Source: Candidatus Bathyarchaeota archaeon (GTDB lineage: Archaea; Thermoproteota; Bathyarchaeia; 40CM-2-53-6). Taken from it: a stretch of DNA of 64,000 bases. Below the pieces are notes generated by a model that saw only the letters and a program-made list of their open reading frames with translations, did no database searches and was not told where the DNA came from. Position 1 is the stretch's first letter. Every line of letters starts with the position of its first letter. Shown here one piece after another: positions 60,955 through 64,000 of this stretch. Location of the stretch: positions 1,312,001-1,376,000 of the forward strand of contig CAVSBL010000002.1 of assembly GCA_963726255.1 (NCBI GenBank), written 5' to 3'. Made by a program: the position numbers and the translations under genes.

Positions 60955-61931
60955 CGGACAAACCAAAGATAGCTCTGTATTGGTGCGCGAGCTGTGGCGG
61001 ATGCGAAGAGGCAACAGTAGACTTAGCCGAGAGAATACTGGACCTCACCAATCTAGTTGACATCGTCTTCTGGCCAGTTGCTCTTGACTTCAAGGAAGAG
61101 GATGTTGAAAAGCTACCGGACGGTGCCATAACTGCAAGCCTGATCAATGGAGGAGTTCGAGTTACCGAACACGACAAGATGGTCAAGCTCCTCAGAAGGA
61201 AATCGAAGTTGGTCGTTGCTTACGGGGCTTGCTCCGCTTGGGGAGGAGTTCCCGGCCTTGCCAATCTGTACAGTAAAGAAGAACTGGTGTCACTCGTCTA
61301 CCGTGACGTTCCCAGTGTTGACAATCCAGGGAAGGTGGTTCCGCAAAACCGGACGGTTCTAGATGGTGCTGAGCTTGAGCTACCTGAAATCTTCCCTCGC
61401 CTAATCCCTATCGACCAAGCAATAGATGTCGATTACTATGTTCCTGGATGTCCACCCACGGCTGATGTAACTTGGAAAGCGGTTGAAACCCTTCTCTCCG
61501 GAAAACTACCACCAAAAGGCTCAGTCATAGGTGCATCCGAAAAATCCCTCTGCGACGAGTGCCCTCTGAACGAAACGAAACCTGAAAAGATCTTAATTCA
61601 AGATTTGAGGCGTCCACACCAAGTAATCCCCGATCCTGAGAAGTGCCTCCTCACACAGGGCCTTCTATGCCTCGGCCCCGCTACGAGGGGCGGATGCACT
61701 GCTCTATGCGTCAAAGCGAGAATGCCTTGCACAGGTTGTTTCGGACCACTCGATGCCGTCAGTGATTACGGGACAAAAGCAGCGTCCTTCCTCGCAAGCA
61801 TCATAGACTTTAACGACGAGGAATCGGTCCAGCGAGTCATTGACGCGCTGCCAGATCCAGTTGGAACCTTCTACAGGTACACCCTAGCATCATCTCGTCT
61901 CGGAGGCCGTATCATGGGGGGCACGCGATGA
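60951..61931 (+). CDS. mvhG: Group 3c [NiFe]-hydrogenase small subunit
   Basis: [37 protein letters not shown]. Confidence 0.93.
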   Translation: MTDKPKIALYWCASCGGCEEATVDLAERILDLTNLVDIVFWPVALDFKEEDVEKLPDGAITASLINGGVRVTEHDKMVKLLRRKSKLVVAYGACSAWGGVPGLANLYSKEELVSLVYRDVPSVDNPGKVVPQNRTVLDGAELELPEIFPRLIPIDQAIDVDYYVPGCPPTADVTWKAVETLLSGKLPPKGSVIGASEKSLCDECPLNETKPEKILIQDLRRPHQVIPDPEKCLLTQGLLCLGPATRGGCTALCVKARMPCTGCFGPLDAVSDYGTKAASFLASIIDFNDEESVQRVIDALPDPVGTFYRYTLASSRLGGRIMGGTR

Positions 61932-63394
61932 CGGAAATAACAATCACGCCAACAACGCGCCTCGAAGGGCATGGTAAAATCGTCGTCTGCTTAGACGATC
62001 ATGGAACCTGCACCAAGGCCTACCTGCAGATACCTGAAATCAGGGGCTTCGAGAAATTCGCCGAAGGTAGACATGCCGAGGATATGCCGCAGATAACCTC
62101 CAGAATTTGTGGGGTCTGCCCAATGGCCCATCACATGGCTTCAACCAAGACATTGGATAGCCTTTACAAGATTGAGCCCACGGAGGCGGCCAAGAAAATA
62201 CGCGAGTTGGTATACAACATCTTCATGCTTGAGGACCATGCCATTCACGTGTACATTCTTGGAGGTCCCGATTTCATAGTCGGTCCAACCGCACCTAGAG
62301 CAGAGAGAAACTTGTTAGGAGTCGTCGCCAAAGTCGGAAAAGAAACTGCGCTCAGAGTCATCGGTATGAGGAAAACGCTGAGAAAGATGAACGAGACGCT
62401 TGCAGGAAGAACAATCAATCCCGTAATTGGACTCCCCGGAGGCGTCTCAAGGCCGATATCCTCCAACGAAGCAGAAGAATTGAAGAAGATTGGAGACGAG
62501 GCAGTCGAATTCGCCCTGTTTACTCTCAAAGTATTCAAGGACATTGTCCTCTCAAAGAAGGAGTACGTCGATGTCATCGTCAGCGAAGCTTACACTCACC
62601 GAACGTACTACATGGGACAAGTTGACGAAAAGAACAGAGTCAACTTCTATGACGGCAAGATCAGGGTCGTCACTCCTAACGGCAAGGAGTTCGCTAAGTT
62701 TCAAGGCCAAGAATACTTGAACCATTTGGCCGAGCACGTAGAGCCATGGACATACGTTAAGTTCCCGTACCTGAAACGAGTTGGATGGAAAGGCTTTGTG
62801 GACGGAGAAGACAGTGGCATAGCAAGCGTGGCCCCCCTCGCGAGGTTGAACGTTGCAGATGGAATGGCAACGCCCCTAGCTCAAGAGGCCTATGAGGAAA
62901 TGTTCAAAGTCCTCGGAGGCAAACCCGTGCACCACACCCTCGCAAATCACTGGGCCAGAGTAGTTGAGATGATTTACGCGGCTGAAAGACTTAGAGAACT
63001 TGCGAATGATCCCGAGATCACCGACACAAAGACACGCAACCTTCCGACTGAGACACCAAGGGTAGGGTTCGGGGTGGTCGAGGCCCCGAGAGGAACACTA
63101 ATTCACCACTACGAAACAGACAATCGAGGAGTAATCAGGAAAGCCAACCTGTTAGTCGCAACGCAACACAACGCGGCAAGGATAGCTCTATCAGTTGACA
63201 AGGCCGCCCGCAATTACATAAGGGAAGGAAGAATAGATGACGGCATGCTGAACATGGTGGAAATAGCCCTCAGGGCATACGACCCATGCCATGCATGCGC
63301 AACCCATACCTACCCAGGATCGATGCCATTCGCCGTCTATCTCTACCGGGAAGATGGAACGCTCATAGAAACTGTTAGACGCAAGATCCCATGA
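61928..63394 (+). CDS. mvhA: Group 3c [NiFe]-hydrogenase large subunit
   Basis: TRLEGH, RICGVCP, EAPRG, RAYDPCHACATH plus a cleavable tail. Confidence 0.95.
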   Translation: MTEITITPTTRLEGHGKIVVCLDDHGTCTKAYLQIPEIRGFEKFAEGRHAEDMPQITSRICGVCPMAHHMASTKTLDSLYKIEPTEAAKKIRELVYNIFMLEDHAIHVYILGGPDFIVGPTAPRAERNLLGVVAKVGKETALRVIGMRKTLRKMNETLAGRTINPVIGLPGGVSRPISSNEAEELKKIGDEAVEFALFTLKVFKDIVLSKKEYVDVIVSEAYTHRTYYMGQVDEKNRVNFYDGKIRVVTPNGKEFAKFQGQEYLNHLAEHVEPWTYVKFPYLKRVGWKGFVDGEDSGIASVAPLARLNVADGMATPLAQEAYEEMFKVLGGKPVHHTLANHWARVVEMIYAAERLRELANDPEITDTKTRNLPTETPRVGFGVVEAPRGTLIHHYETDNRGVIRKANLLVATQHNAARIALSVDKAARNYIREGRIDDGMLNMVEIALRAYDPCHACATHTYPGSMPFAVYLYREDGTLIETVRRKIP

Positions 63395-63855
63395 CTAAAC
63401 CGCTGATCCTTTTTCTAGGCAACAGTATTCTCGCCGATGACAGAATAGGCTTGATCATAGGTGAAATGCTGAAGGAAAAATTAGAGTCCGAAGGAAAGGA
63501 TGTTGAAGTCATTGAGAAGACCGGTTACTCCTTGTTAGATTACCTCGAAGGGAGGGAGAGTGTAATCATAGTAGATAGCGTGATAACTGGAAGACACGGA
63601 ATCGGAGAGATCGTTTCCCTTACACCAGACGATTTTCAACGATTTTCACCCTCCAGTTCCCACTACGCTGGCATACCAGAGTTGCTCAACTTAATGAAAC
63701 AACTAGAGCTTGTTCCTCCTCTAGACTTCAGAGTGATAGGCATCGAAGTTGAAGATCCATATACGGTATCAACGAAGATCTCCAGGAAACTTGAAACAGA
63801 AGTGAACCGGATAGCGGAAGCAATTCATAAGGTCGTATCCGCACCGAAACACTGA
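63391..63855 (+). CDS. Hydrogenase maturation protease
   Basis: LGNSILADDRIG, IIVDS, SSH. Confidence 0.9.
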   Translation: MTKPLILFLGNSILADDRIGLIIGEMLKEKLESEGKDVEVIEKTGYSLLDYLEGRESVIIVDSVITGRHGIGEIVSLTPDDFQRFSPSSSHYAGIPELLNLMKQLELVPPLDFRVIGIEVEDPYTVSTKISRKLETEVNRIAEAIHKVVSAPKH

Positions 63856-64000
63856 CAAATTAGGAATAGCTCGATTTGAATAGCATTATCAGAGGTACCA
63901 GTAGCTCGAAAACTATCCGTCTACCCGTTTAGAGTCTATACCGGACAATACTGTAACATAATTGCACAATTACTGGCCGCCTAGCGCCGTTCAACTGTTT

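Overview
Archaeal chromosomal window. A TACK/Bathyarchaeia-like origin is inferred from gene content and tightly overlapping operons, and is not proven. The flanks are core genes: complex I-like nuoC/D/I and sufCBD on the left, and a QmoC-like/HdrA/HdrA/MvhDGA hydrogenase cluster on the right. An Opp peptide-uptake and catabolism cluster occupies 14.8-25.4 kb. There are two accessory regions. (1) 8.3-14.6 kb: an orphan RHH-TerS-TerL terminase operon with no other virion genes, flanked by three toxin-antitoxin-like pairs. (2) About 25.5-47.7 kb: an island of mostly single genes in mixed orientation, including AbiV, several HEPN-like and PD-(D/E)XK-like proteins, a TIR protein, YaaC, a rearranged subtilase and lectin-like surface proteins. 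The island is punctuated by an unexplained ~28-30 bp imperfect palindrome, consensus GTGTGTGGGTCAGCTGGTGCGCACACAC, found only between genes. At 45.3-47.5 kb it brackets three consecutive single genes. This suggests a recombination-site-delimited gene-cassette system and is the best candidate for an undescribed system, although no recombinase is visible in the window. All family assignments come from reading motifs by eye, without database searches.
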